The translations under genes were made by a program, and so were the position numbers. This document shows positions 27,935 through 37,649 of a stretch of DNA of 64,000 nucleotides, one piece after another. Numbering within the stretch: the first letter of the stretch is position 1; the number at the start of each line of letters is the position of its first letter. Location: assembly GCA_021513715.1 (NCBI GenBank), contig CP084167.1:224001-288000 (forward strand). The letters are read 5' to 3'. A model generated the notes under the pieces. That model was not told where the DNA came from. It worked only from the letters and a program-made list of their open reading frames with translations, and made no database searches. This DNA is from Candidatus Heimdallarchaeum endolithica. GTDB lineage: Archaea; Asgardarchaeota; Heimdallarchaeia; Heimdallarchaeales; Heimdallarchaeaceae.

Positions 27935-30022
27935 ATGTATATTCAAAAAACTAAAAATATAATTGAATTTTTGTTAAATGGTGGAAAAGACCTAAAAATA
28001 GAAGAAGAGTTACTAGAACAAGTTCAGCAGTTTAGTAAAACAATTGAAACTGGAGAAATCGAGGAAATTCCCAAAAGTATAAGTAATATCTTCAATCTTT
28101 CATGGAACTCATCAATAGATATTGAACATAAGGAACAATTCTTGTCTTTACTATTTATATTGTATGCAAAAGATTTAATTGATATTAAAATTCTAAAAGA
28201 AAATTTTCAACATTTTCAGCTCACAAATGATTTAAAACATGAATATGTAATTATGTCTTTCTTAATTTATTCAATCAAGAATAACAAGAGTAAAGAAATA
28301 GACTATATTCAATATCTAAACTTTTGTAGAGAAATTGGCATAAGACCTAGATATTTCTCAGAATTTAAAACAATTCTAGAAAAACTTGAACTACCTTTTT
28401 CTATTAGTCAAAAAGATCAAAATTTGGCAGAAAAATTAGAAAAAGTGGTTAAATTTTTACAGGAGAAATCCAACTATTTAGAAGAGTTTATACCCAATTT
28501 TCAGACAGAAGTGCTTGAATATCTAGATTTCTTTATAGATTACAAATTATTATCTGAACTAGATTTAAAATACTGTGATTTTGTTGTTTCTAAACTTTCT
28601 TTAGATAAAAAAGTAACTATTCCTGAAGTGCAAAAAAAGATTGAAAATCTTCTTAATAAGAGCAAATATCCTATAGTCCCCATTACTTACAAGCCATTTT
28701 TTGAAAAGATAAGAGAAAAAATTGAACCTAGAACAGTGAAATTAGAAGAACTGGCAAATACTCCTCCTAAATTAGTTAAGGAGTTTGCTTCAAAAAAAGC
28801 TTATTCTTGTCATAAACTAGCTCAAAAAGTAAGAATTACTTTTTTGGGTGGTGGAGGAATAGGAAATATGGCTATCCTTATTCAACATAATAACGATGCT
28901 ATTTTGCTAGACTATGGAATGAGTGTTAGTAACTATTCTATTCCTCGATGGCATCCAACTTTAAGAACAGTAAAAGCAATACTTGTAACTCATGCTCATT
29001 TAGACCACATTGGTGCTCTACCTTACCTAATGAATACTGATGAAGAAAAAAGATGGTATGGAAGTGTAAATACAAAGATTATAGGAGAAAAGTTACTTTT
29101 CAACACTTCTGCAATGCTAAAAGGAATACCTGACGAAAAACTATTCTCACCTTATTTGAAAGCAATAAAAAGTGAATCAACACTTATTGATTTCTTTAAC
29201 AGGTTTAACCCATTAAAACCTAAAAAACCTATAGAAATTTCTCCAGAGTTTCTAATTACACCTATTTCTTCTTCACATGTTTTTGGAAGTTATGGCTACT
29301 TGATTGAAATTTTTGGAAAAAGAATTTTGTTTACTGGAGATTTTAAATTAGAAAAAAGCAATCTCTTTAGTGGAGCCAAACTTCCTACAGATGCAGATGT
29401 AACTATTTTTGATGGAACCTATTATAATCGAAAGCTATCGAAGGTTGATAATGAAACAACTGTTTTAAATGCAGTTAAACAAAACAGTAAGGTCATTATT
29501 CCTGCTTTTTCTGTTGGTAGAGCACAAGAAATGTATTCCTTACTGGAAAAACTTCGTCTAACTAAAGAGCATAATATAAAAATTGTTGGATTAGCTAGCG
29601 AAATAACTAAATTAATGGGTATCCCAGGAGATCATACATTGTTAAAAAGCATGAATGCTGACGAATTTGAAGATGGTGATATTGTAATAGCAGGAAATGG
29701 TATGCTTCAAGGAGGAACTTCCAGACTACTATTGGAAGAAACAAGAAATGATGACAATGTTGGAGTAATTATTTGTGGTTATCAAGCACCAGAAACTTTA
29801 GGTTATTCACTAAAAACAAATCATCCTGTCGCTTTGAATCAATATTCTCAACAAATTTATAACCTCCAAATAAGTGGACATACCACACCCAAAAATTTGG
29901 ATGTGTTTATTTCAGAACTTAGTGGAAAAAAAATAATGGTTCATACTCCAGAAAATATTATAGTTAAACACAAAGATATAGTTGTCCCTAAATTTAGTGA
30001 AACTTTGGCATTAAACGTTTAA
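27935..30022 (+). CDS. Beta-CASP metallo-beta-lactamase ribonuclease with long N-terminal helical extension
   Basis: ITFLGGG, LLDYG, THAHLDH, SHVFGS, FTGDF, DGTY, IPAFSVGRAQE, GYQAPETLG, ISGH, MVH. Confidence 0.88.
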   Translation: MYIQKTKNIIEFLLNGGKDLKIEEELLEQVQQFSKTIETGEIEEIPKSISNIFNLSWNSSIDIEHKEQFLSLLFILYAKDLIDIKILKENFQHFQLTNDLKHEYVIMSFLIYSIKNNKSKEIDYIQYLNFCREIGIRPRYFSEFKTILEKLELPFSISQKDQNLAEKLEKVVKFLQEKSNYLEEFIPNFQTEVLEYLDFFIDYKLLSELDLKYCDFVVSKLSLDKKVTIPEVQKKIENLLNKSKYPIVPITYKPFFEKIREKIEPRTVKLEELANTPPKLVKEFASKKAYSCHKLAQKVRITFLGGGGIGNMAILIQHNNDAILLDYGMSVSNYSIPRWHPTLRTVKAILVTHAHLDHIGALPYLMNTDEEKRWYGSVNTKIIGEKLLFNTSAMLKGIPDEKLFSPYLKAIKSESTLIDFFNRFNPLKPKKPIEISPEFLITPISSSHVFGSYGYLIEIFGKRILFTGDFKLEKSNLFSGAKLPTDADVTIFDGTYYNRKLSKVDNETTVLNAVKQNSKVIIPAFSVGRAQEMYSLLEKLRLTKEHNIKIVGLASEITKLMGIPGDHTLLKSMNADEFEDGDIVIAGNGMLQGGTSRLLLEETRNDDNVGVIICGYQAPETLGYSLKTNHPVALNQYSQQIYNLQISGHTTPKNLDVFISELSGKKIMVHTPENIIVKHKDIVVPKFSETLALNV

Positions 30023-30233
30023 AAGTTACATTTTCTTTATAAACTTTTTAGCAAATAACAGTATTTTTTTATTTGAAGTTATATTTTTAAAAATATATTT
30101 AATTATTTCTAAAGATTTTTATGATAAATTATTTAAATAATAAAAGGTAAACGAATATAAGAGGTTCACTTATTGCTTTTAGTTTGACTTCTGTTTGTTT
30201 AATTCCACAGATTGTTGTTTATGGGTGAATTTA

Positions 30234-31598
30234 ATGGAGTTTCGAAAGAGGTATAAAGCATATTTAAGAAAAGATATTGAAAAAATAGCAGAAGAGAGGA
30301 ATTTTCCTCAAGAAGTTATAGAAGAGATTAAACTTCTATCTCTTGTTTTTCCTTTTAAAACAAACAATTATGTTATGGACGAATTAATTGATTGGGAATA
30401 TTATAAATCAGACCCTACTTTTCTAATAAATTTTCCTCAGAAAGAGATGCTTCCTCCAAATGTCTATAATAGATTAAAAGATATTTATTTAAAAGGAAAC
30501 AAGGAAGAGCTTTTTCGCTATATTCACCAGATACACTTCGAACTTAATCCTCATCCAGCAGGACAACTTCAATATAATATTCCCCAATTCCAAGGAGAAA
30601 TAATAGAAGGAATTCAACATAAATATAGAGAAACAGCATTAGTCTTTCCTATTCAAGGTCAAACATGTCACGCATACTGTACTTTTTGTTTCAGATGGCC
30701 CCAATTTATTAAAGAAAAAGAGTGGAAGATGTGTTTACGAAATCCAGATAAGCTTGTAGATTATTTACAAATGCATCAAGAGGTTCAAGATCTCCTCATC
30801 ACTGGTGGAGACCCTATGATTATGCAAGCCAATGTTCTAAGGAGATATATTGACCCCATCATTGAAGCTGATATAAAACATCTTAAACGAATAAGAATAG
30901 GTTCAAAGACGCTAAGTTACTGGCCTTATAGATATTTAAGCGACAAAGACCATGAAGATATTTTAGATCTTTTTTCTGAAATTGTTGAAAACAAAAAACA
31001 TTTAGCTTTTATGGCTCATTTTAATCACCCTAATGAGTTAAAGACAGAAGCTGTAAAGGAAGCAATAAAAAGAATTTTGAAGACTGGAGCTGTGATAAGA
31101 ACGCAATCACCAATTTTGAAACACATAAATGACTCTCCTGAAGTATGGTCAGAAATGTGGATCAAACAAGTAAACCTAGGAATGATCCCTTACTATATGT
31201 TTATTGCCAGAGATACAGGGGCAAGACATTTTTTTGAGCTTCCTTTATTTGATGCATGGAAAATTTATATAAAAGCTTACAGTTCAGTTTCAGGTCTTTC
31301 AAGGACAGTAAGAGGACCAGTTATGAGTTCTTTATATGGAAAAATCCATGTCCTAGGAGTAAATAAACTAAACAATAATGAAGACGTATTTGTTTTAAGA
31401 TTCATTCAAGCTCGTAACCCTAATTGGGTAGGAAAACCTTTCTTTGCCAAGTTCAATAAACAAGCAACTTGGATAGATCAGCTTGAACCCTTATTCGGAG
31501 ACAAATTCTTCTTTGAAAAAGAAAAATACTTACATGCATTTGAAGAAGATTTAGAGGCTGCAATAGTTAAAGATACAGTTACAGAAGATGAAACATAA
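30234..31598 (+). CDS. KamA-family radical SAM protein (lysine 2,3-aminomutase-like)
   Basis: GIQHKYRETAL, CHAYCTFCFR, LITGGDPM, RIRIGSK, HFNHPNEL, PYYMF; probable start MEFRKR at 30234. Confidence 0.9.
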   Translation: MEFRKRYKAYLRKDIEKIAEERNFPQEVIEEIKLLSLVFPFKTNNYVMDELIDWEYYKSDPTFLINFPQKEMLPPNVYNRLKDIYLKGNKEELFRYIHQIHFELNPHPAGQLQYNIPQFQGEIIEGIQHKYRETALVFPIQGQTCHAYCTFCFRWPQFIKEKEWKMCLRNPDKLVDYLQMHQEVQDLLITGGDPMIMQANVLRRYIDPIIEADIKHLKRIRIGSKTLSYWPYRYLSDKDHEDILDLFSEIVENKKHLAFMAHFNHPNELKTEAVKEAIKRILKTGAVIRTQSPILKHINDSPEVWSEMWIKQVNLGMIPYYMFIARDTGARHFFELPLFDAWKIYIKAYSSVSGLSRTVRGPVMSSLYGKIHVLGVNKLNNNEDVFVLRFIQARNPNWVGKPFFAKFNKQATWIDQLEPLFGDKFFFEKEKYLHAFEEDLEAAIVKDTVTEDET

Positions 31599-31612
31599 TG
31601 AAAAAAAGAAGA

Positions 31613-32938
31613 TTATTTTCCCAGACCAATTGCTAGGATTTTTACTCCTTTTTCTCTAAATTCCTTATAGTCAAATGCTCTTCTTCCATCGATAACTACA
31701 GGATTTTTCATTTTTTGAATAAAGAACTCAGCAGATAAATCTCTGAACTCTTTCCATTCTGTGATTAAAATTACTGCATCAGTTTCTTTAACAGCATCTT
31801 CCATGTTCTCACAATAAATTAATTTCTCATGTGCAATCTCTTTTTTCGCGTTTTCTAAAGCTACAGGGTCTGTTGCTTTTATAGTTACCCCTTCTTCTAG
31901 TAATTTATTTATTAGAATTAAAGAGGGTGCTTCTCTCATATCATCTGTATCTGGTTTAAAAGCTAAACCCAAAAGGCCAATCGTCTTACCCTTTATATCT
32001 TCATTTTCTAAACCTTTTTTGAGTAATTCAATAAGTCTAAGGGGTTGTTTTTTATTTACTGCTAGAGTTGCTTCTAATAACTTTGATGGTTGATCTAATT
32101 CTTTAGACCTAACATATAAAGCACTGACATCTTTTGGGAAACAACTTCCTCCGAACCCTGCTCCTGCACGTAAGAATTTATCTGATATTCTATGGTCCAT
32201 TCCAACTCCTTTAGCCACATCTTTAATATCAATACCAAATTTTTCTGCTAAATTAGCCATTTCGTTAATAAAAGATATTTTCATTGCTAAAAATGAGTTT
32301 GAAGCATATTTTATCATTTCTGCAGCTGTATTATCAGTAAACAAAATAGGAGCATCAAATTCATTATAACATTTAGCAATAACGTTTTGTGTTTCTCTAT
32401 TTGACCCACCAATAACGACCCTGTCTGGATATAGAAAATCATTTATTGCAACTCCTTCTCTCAAAAATTCAGGATTCATTCCTAGACCAAAGTCAACATT
32501 AAGTTTCTTTCCACTTTCTTTTTCAATAATTGTTTTTCCTATTTCATCTGTCGTTCCAGGAACACAAGTACTTTTAATCACAATTACCTTGAATTCGTTA
32601 GCTTCTTTTAATTCTCGAGCTATGCCTTTTGCTGCTTCTTTTACATAAGTATAATCCATAGAACCATCAGGAAGAGAAGGTGTACCGACACATATGTAAA
32701 TTATCTCAGATTTTGCTACAGCTTCAGATATATTTAGAGTGGCTTTTAGGTTTCCTTTTTCTACAACTTCTTTTAGCATTCTAGCCAAATCTTTTTCATA
32801 AATAGGTGGTATCCCTTTATTGATTTTTTCCACTTTCTCTGGAATAACATCAACACAAGTGACTTTATGTCCCTTTAATGCAAAACAAGTTCCAGTTACT
32901 AGTCCTACATAACCTGTTCCTATTACCGCGATATTCAT
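31613..32938 (-). CDS. ugd: UDP-glucose/GDP-mannose 6-dehydrogenase
   Basis: IGTGYVGL, ICVGTP, IKST, NPEFLREG, KYASNSFLA, GFGGSCFPKD, GLAFKPDTDDMRE, IDGR. Confidence 0.95.
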   Translation of the reverse strand: MNIAVIGTGYVGLVTGTCFALKGHKVTCVDVIPEKVEKINKGIPPIYEKDLARMLKEVVEKGNLKATLNISEAVAKSEIIYICVGTPSLPDGSMDYTYVKEAAKGIARELKEANEFKVIVIKSTCVPGTTDEIGKTIIEKESGKKLNVDFGLGMNPEFLREGVAINDFLYPDRVVIGGSNRETQNVIAKCYNEFDAPILFTDNTAAEMIKYASNSFLAMKISFINEMANLAEKFGIDIKDVAKGVGMDHRISDKFLRAGAGFGGSCFPKDVSALYVRSKELDQPSKLLEATLAVNKKQPLRLIELLKKGLENEDIKGKTIGLLGLAFKPDTDDMREAPSLILINKLLEEGVTIKATDPVALENAKKEIAHEKLIYCENMEDAVKETDAVILITEWKEFRDLSAEFFIQKMKNPVVIDGRRAFDYKEFREKGVKILAIGLGK

Positions 32939-33032
32939 CTTAAAGAGAGCATTGTTTAAAGATATATTAAATTTTTCAATTGAAATTAGTAAAAAAACAA
33001 ATGTTTTTTAGTGCTCTTTAAATTGTGATATA

Positions 33033-34358
33033 ATGAGTCTTAACACTAACAAAAAAATTGTACAAATTGCTGATTCAGTCCATAAGTACATATCTATCCC
33101 AGATAAGTTTTATTTAAAGTTAATTGACACTACTGAATTTCAGAGGTTGAGAAGACTGGGACAGCTAGGGGGAGTGCCAATTTCATATCCTTCTGCAACA
33201 CATAGTAGATTTGCACATAGTTTAGGAGCTTTTCATATAGCTAATAGAATGATAACATCGCTAAAAAATAAGCATTCGGATATAGTTTCAGAAGAAGATG
33301 TTGATTACGTAAGAATCGCTTCGTTAATTCACGACATTGGACATGGACCTTTTAGTCATATGTTTGAGGACATATTCACTAAATTCTGTAAAAACGAAAA
33401 AAATATGAAAAAATTTAAGCCGTTTCAAAAACATGAAAATATTACTGAACAGATTGTTCTTTCTGACGAATCTGAAGTTGGAAAGATATTAAACGATAAA
33501 GGATTTAATAAAAGAAAAATAGCTCACTTGATTATTGGAAAAGAAATAGAAGGAAAACCTTTTCTAAACCAGATTATTGCTTCTCAACTTGACGGAGATA
33601 GCATCGATTATTTGATGAGAGATTCATTAGAAACAGGAGTTTCTTATGGTTTATACAACATTGATAGGCTTATTGCCATGCTAAATATTTCCAAAGATGG
33701 AAATATTATTGTTAAGGAAAAGGGATTACAATCTGTAGAACAAATCGTTGTTGCTCGATATATGCAATTCACAAGGGTTTATTTTCATAAAACTGTTAGA
33801 TGTTGGGAATTCATGGTTAAAACATTCATTTATGAATTAATAAGAAGTAAAGAAAAAGGGACAGATATTGCCTTATTACCTTTTCTTGAAAACTTTATTG
33901 ATAATCCATACTGGAAAACCATGTTACCTTTAACTGATGATACTATTTATACACAAATACAGTTATCAGCCCTAAAAGAAGAAAAAAATAAGGTCCTAGA
34001 GGATCTTGCGAAAAGATTGTTAAGAAGAAAATTGTTTAAGAGTATTCCAATAACTGAAGAAACAGCTAATAAGTTACTCAAAAACAGAGAAGTTATAGAT
34101 AAGATAATTGAGAAATTTAATTATCCTAAAGAATTTTGGGGAATAGATAGTTTCTATTCAAGATATTATACACCATATGAAGAAAAAAATAGAAATGCGA
34201 TTCTAGTAAAAATGAAAAATGGATCAGTCAAACAGCTTTCAGAAGTATCTGAAGTCGTTCAAAGTTTATCTAAACCAAAACATAATAGCTTACTTATCTG
34301 TCCTGAAGAATGTAAAAATGAAATAATAAAAAAAGAAATAATTGAAATTTTTGAATAA
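33033..34358 (+). CDS. HD-domain phosphohydrolase (SAMHD1/dNTPase-like)
   Basis: FQRLRRLGQLG, HSRFAHSLG, LIHDIGHGPFSH, HE, QLDGDSIDYLMRDS, VYFHKT. Confidence 0.93.
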   Translation: MSLNTNKKIVQIADSVHKYISIPDKFYLKLIDTTEFQRLRRLGQLGGVPISYPSATHSRFAHSLGAFHIANRMITSLKNKHSDIVSEEDVDYVRIASLIHDIGHGPFSHMFEDIFTKFCKNEKNMKKFKPFQKHENITEQIVLSDESEVGKILNDKGFNKRKIAHLIIGKEIEGKPFLNQIIASQLDGDSIDYLMRDSLETGVSYGLYNIDRLIAMLNISKDGNIIVKEKGLQSVEQIVVARYMQFTRVYFHKTVRCWEFMVKTFIYELIRSKEKGTDIALLPFLENFIDNPYWKTMLPLTDDTIYTQIQLSALKEEKNKVLEDLAKRLLRRKLFKSIPITEETANKLLKNREVIDKIIEKFNYPKEFWGIDSFYSRYYTPYEEKNRNAILVKMKNGSVKQLSEVSEVVQSLSKPKHNSLLICPEECKNEIIKKEIIEIFE

Positions 34359-34369
34359 ATTTCATATTT

Positions 34370-37165
34370 TTACTGGAACCAATTATTTTGATCATCTTTT
34401 TCTGATTCAGTATCGACATAAGAGTCTTCAGAAGTAGGTTCAGTATCAATATAAGAGTCTTCAGAAGGAATGTTAGATATTAAAGCGGATTCATCTTTCG
34501 TTTGAACATTATCCTTTGTGTCAATGTTTTCTTTGGAGTCAAAATTGTTTTTAGGATCATGATTGTGGTCTATTTCTATTGTAGAGAATTTCATTTGTGT
34601 TTGAGCATACTTTGACCTATCAATTATATTTCCACAGTATCTGCAAGTTGAGTATTTTCTTTTCACAGTTTCTCCACAATAAGGACATCGTTTGATTATA
34701 TGTAGAACATAGAGTGAGAATTGCTTCCATAATACTGCCCAAATAACACTGAGAGAACCTAGTATTTTTCCAAGCGTTGACGAAAAAATGTCAGACAGCC
34801 ACTGATAAATAGCTTCAAAGGTGTTTAAAGGAATTATTTCAATTTCATACTCAAAACTTGTCGTTGGAAAATTATTACTTGTAACTTCAATCACTAGATT
34901 CGCATTTTCTTTCAAATCCTTTGTTGGAAGACTTATTTGAGCAGGAAGAGGTATAGGAATAGAAGCAAATTTTGGTGCAAACTTCGGATCTACACTTTGG
35001 GTTACTGCATTTGTTATATCTTCATCATTCAATTTTATTGTTGCTTTTGGATTGAGGACTAATGTTTGTATTTGGGGTTGCACTCCTATAGTCAAGGTTA
35101 GATCATTTCCTCTTTTTACAGTTAAATCTTGGGATAATTCCAGAATAAGTGCATTTCTCCTTATTGTTATAGTCTTATATAACCAAAATTCTACATAACC
35201 ATCTTTAGTTGCAAAAATCTCAATATCAAACCTTGGATTCTCGTCAGGATTGTTAGCAAACTCAGGCAAAGCTAAAATATCTTTTATTGACAATTTGAAA
35301 TCATACGAGCCAGCATTGCTTGATATAACATTAGTAGAGTTTCCTAACCAAGTTAAAGATAGAGAAACTTTTGGTACTGAAACACCTTTTTCATCTTCAC
35401 ATAAAATGGAAAATTCTAAGTATTCATCTACTCCTTGTGTTGCTATAAGTTGAGATGGGTCAGTATATACTCTCAATTCTCTTAAAACATAGATGCTACT
35501 CTCATAGTCAACAACAGTTGTTTCACCTATAGAAATTATGAATCTAGGATAATAATCTCCCCCTTCACTAACTGTAGTGTTTACAAAGAAATGAGTTGGT
35601 TCTGTGACTTGAGCACCATCAATAGAAAAAGTATTTATTATTAAGGTATCATTTGATGTGAAATTAAGTTCGCTATCTATTACAAAATCAAAACTTGTAG
35701 CAAAGGATGCATTAGAGTAACTAAAAACGTTTGTACTTTCACTCCAAAAGATATTCCAGAAAATATCAACAGTCTCATTTGTATAAATATTTTCAGGGAT
35801 AGTCAAATCAGCAGCAAGAGCATATTTCTTTAATTCCATTGATATTGCCATTGAATTAGCTACAAAGGGATTTTTCTTATATTCATCAATTTTGTAGGAA
35901 AAAACACCTTGATCTGTGGATAATCCAGGGTCATAGAAATTAGCTGTTTTGAAAGTTTGTTGAGTTGAGGTTATAATTGAAATAGCTAGTTCTCCTGGGG
36001 AAAAACCGTATTTTTCCAGATGGTACCTATTAAACTCACGCAAAGCTAATGCAGCTAATGTGCAGTCAAATGTTGAAATTATATTTCCCTTTAAACTTGA
36101 AGTTATATTATAAATTGATACAGGTAAATTATATTCAGGGTTGTAAAAGATTGCTAAAGCATCTTCTAGCAACAATTGACCATAAACAAAAAATAAATCT
36201 TCATAAGACATATTCCCTTGGATTTTTAGGTATTTACTCTCATAGAAATAAGCAGAAGACAAGAAAATGCTTCCTGTAAAAGCGAGAGTGTCATTTATTG
36301 CAGGATCTGTTCCTCTAATTGGAGCCTTACGAAAGAAACCTTCCCCTAGATCGACATTTTGACTATGATTATTAAAATAGAACTTAATAACGTCATAACT
36401 TTGAGAATGATAAGTTGTAGGGTCTTTAAGTCCATGAGAAGCCATAGAGTATAGTCCTGCAATTTCAGCTGTTGTGTAACTAGATGAATTTACAATAGAC
36501 CAATCAGTACTAGAAACAAAAGCATATTCTTTTATTATGTGGTTAGATGAATCATAGAAAAAATCAGTAATATTGCCCATCAAATTATTCGCTAAAGTCC
36601 AATAAGCATTAGCAGTTGTATTTTCAAATATTGCTTCAAAAGCTTTAGCAAATCTTTCGTACATTAAAACCAAGTAAAGATTGTCATAGGCAAAAACCTT
36701 GAAATCAGTTGTCTTAGTATCTAAAGCAATCATCTTATTATTTATATCCAAAAACAAACTATTATTAACAATCCAACTAGCAGTATAAAGATAATCAGGG
36801 TTGTAAGTTGCGAAGAAAAGGTCAATATATGATAGAGCAAAGTGAACCAAAGCAAGATCATGAACATTGGTTACTTCAATTGAATCAAAATCAAATTGCT
36901 CCAACATAAAGAATGCTAAATCTTTTGCACTTGATAGACTTTTACTTTCTATCCAGTTATAGTAATTTGTAGTATCTTTTTTAACTGGCAGAGTATTGAT
37001 TTTTGTTTCTGCTTGATATGAGTCAGTTGTATGAATAGCATCAAAATTCTTACTAGTCAGAGAAAGTACATACGTATTTGTATTTGAATTAGCTAAACCA
37101 TACACTAAACTCGATAAATTTAGAATTAAAAATGATAGAAGAAAAAAGAGTGTAGATTTTTTCAT
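34370..37165 (-). CDS. Secreted, membrane-anchored multidomain protein (alpha/alpha-toroid-like, beta-sandwich region, TM, zinc ribbon, acidic tail)
   Basis: Signal peptide; AYDNLYL...YWTLANNLMGNITDFFYDS; beta-rich middle; hydrophobic LGKILGSLSVIWAVLW; CPYCG...CRYCG; Asp/Glu-rich tail. Confidence 0.7.
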   Translation of the reverse strand: MKKSTLFFLLSFLILNLSSLVYGLANSNTNTYVLSLTSKNFDAIHTTDSYQAETKINTLPVKKDTTNYYNWIESKSLSSAKDLAFFMLEQFDFDSIEVTNVHDLALVHFALSYIDLFFATYNPDYLYTASWIVNNSLFLDINNKMIALDTKTTDFKVFAYDNLYLVLMYERFAKAFEAIFENTTANAYWTLANNLMGNITDFFYDSSNHIIKEYAFVSSTDWSIVNSSSYTTAEIAGLYSMASHGLKDPTTYHSQSYDVIKFYFNNHSQNVDLGEGFFRKAPIRGTDPAINDTLAFTGSIFLSSAYFYESKYLKIQGNMSYEDLFFVYGQLLLEDALAIFYNPEYNLPVSIYNITSSLKGNIISTFDCTLAALALREFNRYHLEKYGFSPGELAISIITSTQQTFKTANFYDPGLSTDQGVFSYKIDEYKKNPFVANSMAISMELKKYALAADLTIPENIYTNETVDIFWNIFWSESTNVFSYSNASFATSFDFVIDSELNFTSNDTLIINTFSIDGAQVTEPTHFFVNTTVSEGGDYYPRFIISIGETTVVDYESSIYVLRELRVYTDPSQLIATQGVDEYLEFSILCEDEKGVSVPKVSLSLTWLGNSTNVISSNAGSYDFKLSIKDILALPEFANNPDENPRFDIEIFATKDGYVEFWLYKTITIRRNALILELSQDLTVKRGNDLTLTIGVQPQIQTLVLNPKATIKLNDEDITNAVTQSVDPKFAPKFASIPIPLPAQISLPTKDLKENANLVIEVTSNNFPTTSFEYEIEIIPLNTFEAIYQWLSDIFSSTLGKILGSLSVIWAVLWKQFSLYVLHIIKRCPYCGETVKRKYSTCRYCGNIIDRSKYAQTQMKFSTIEIDHNHDPKNNFDSKENIDTKDNVQTKDESALISNIPSEDSYIDTEPTSEDSYVDTESEKDDQNNWFQ
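34406..34467. repeat. Short intragenic tandem repeat (33-bp period)
   Basis: TTCAGTATCGACATAAGAGTCTTCAGAAG / TTCAGTATCAATATAAGAGTCTTCAGAAG, encoding SEDSYIDTE / SEDSYVDTE. Confidence 0.9.
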
Positions 37166-37213
37166 AACATATATTGATAAACATTGATTATATATTTTTT
37201 GAGAGAGGAAAAT

Positions 37214-37597
37214 CTATTTTTGGAGTAATAAGTCCTTCAATTCCTTAATTTCTCTTTCTAAATCATCTAAACGTTGAAAATTTTTTTTCCAAAGAGGATT
37301 TACAGCTAATTGTACTTCTTGTTCACCCTTATATGTTCCTTTTCTATAATCAAATCTACCTATAATTATTGCAACAGGAGGATAAAGGATAATAAAAAGC
37401 AAAGCAAATTTCCAGAATGAAACCCATTCTGGGATAAAATACAATTTTTCTATTAGTAAATTGTAGAAAATTAATGTGAAGTTTATGAAATAAAAGATTA
37501 GATAAAACCAGCTATTGTGTCCTCTTAAGAAATAAACCCTCATTCTTCCTAAAAAATCTAAAGTATCTCTAGCTTGTGTTCGTACATTTTTTTTCAT
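37214..37597 (-). CDS. Hypothetical membrane protein (2 TM plus C-terminal coiled coil)
   Basis: Two hydrophobic stretches then FQRLDDLEREIKELKDLL. Confidence 0.7.
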   Translation of the reverse strand: MKKNVRTQARDTLDFLGRMRVYFLRGHNSWFYLIFYFINFTLIFYNLLIEKLYFIPEWVSFWKFALLFIILYPPVAIIIGRFDYRKGTYKGEQEVQLAVNPLWKKNFQRLDDLEREIKELKDLLLQK

Positions 37598-37649
37598 TGT
37601 AAGTTAAGTTAAAAAAGGAGAGATAAAAAAATTTCTAAAAAAAGGACAG

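Noticed and set aside
24123-37649. Composite transposon or invertible segment bounded by the two ABC operons
   Set aside because: The copies are too diverged at DNA level to be recent IRs, no recombinase is present, and the enclosed genes are housekeeping.
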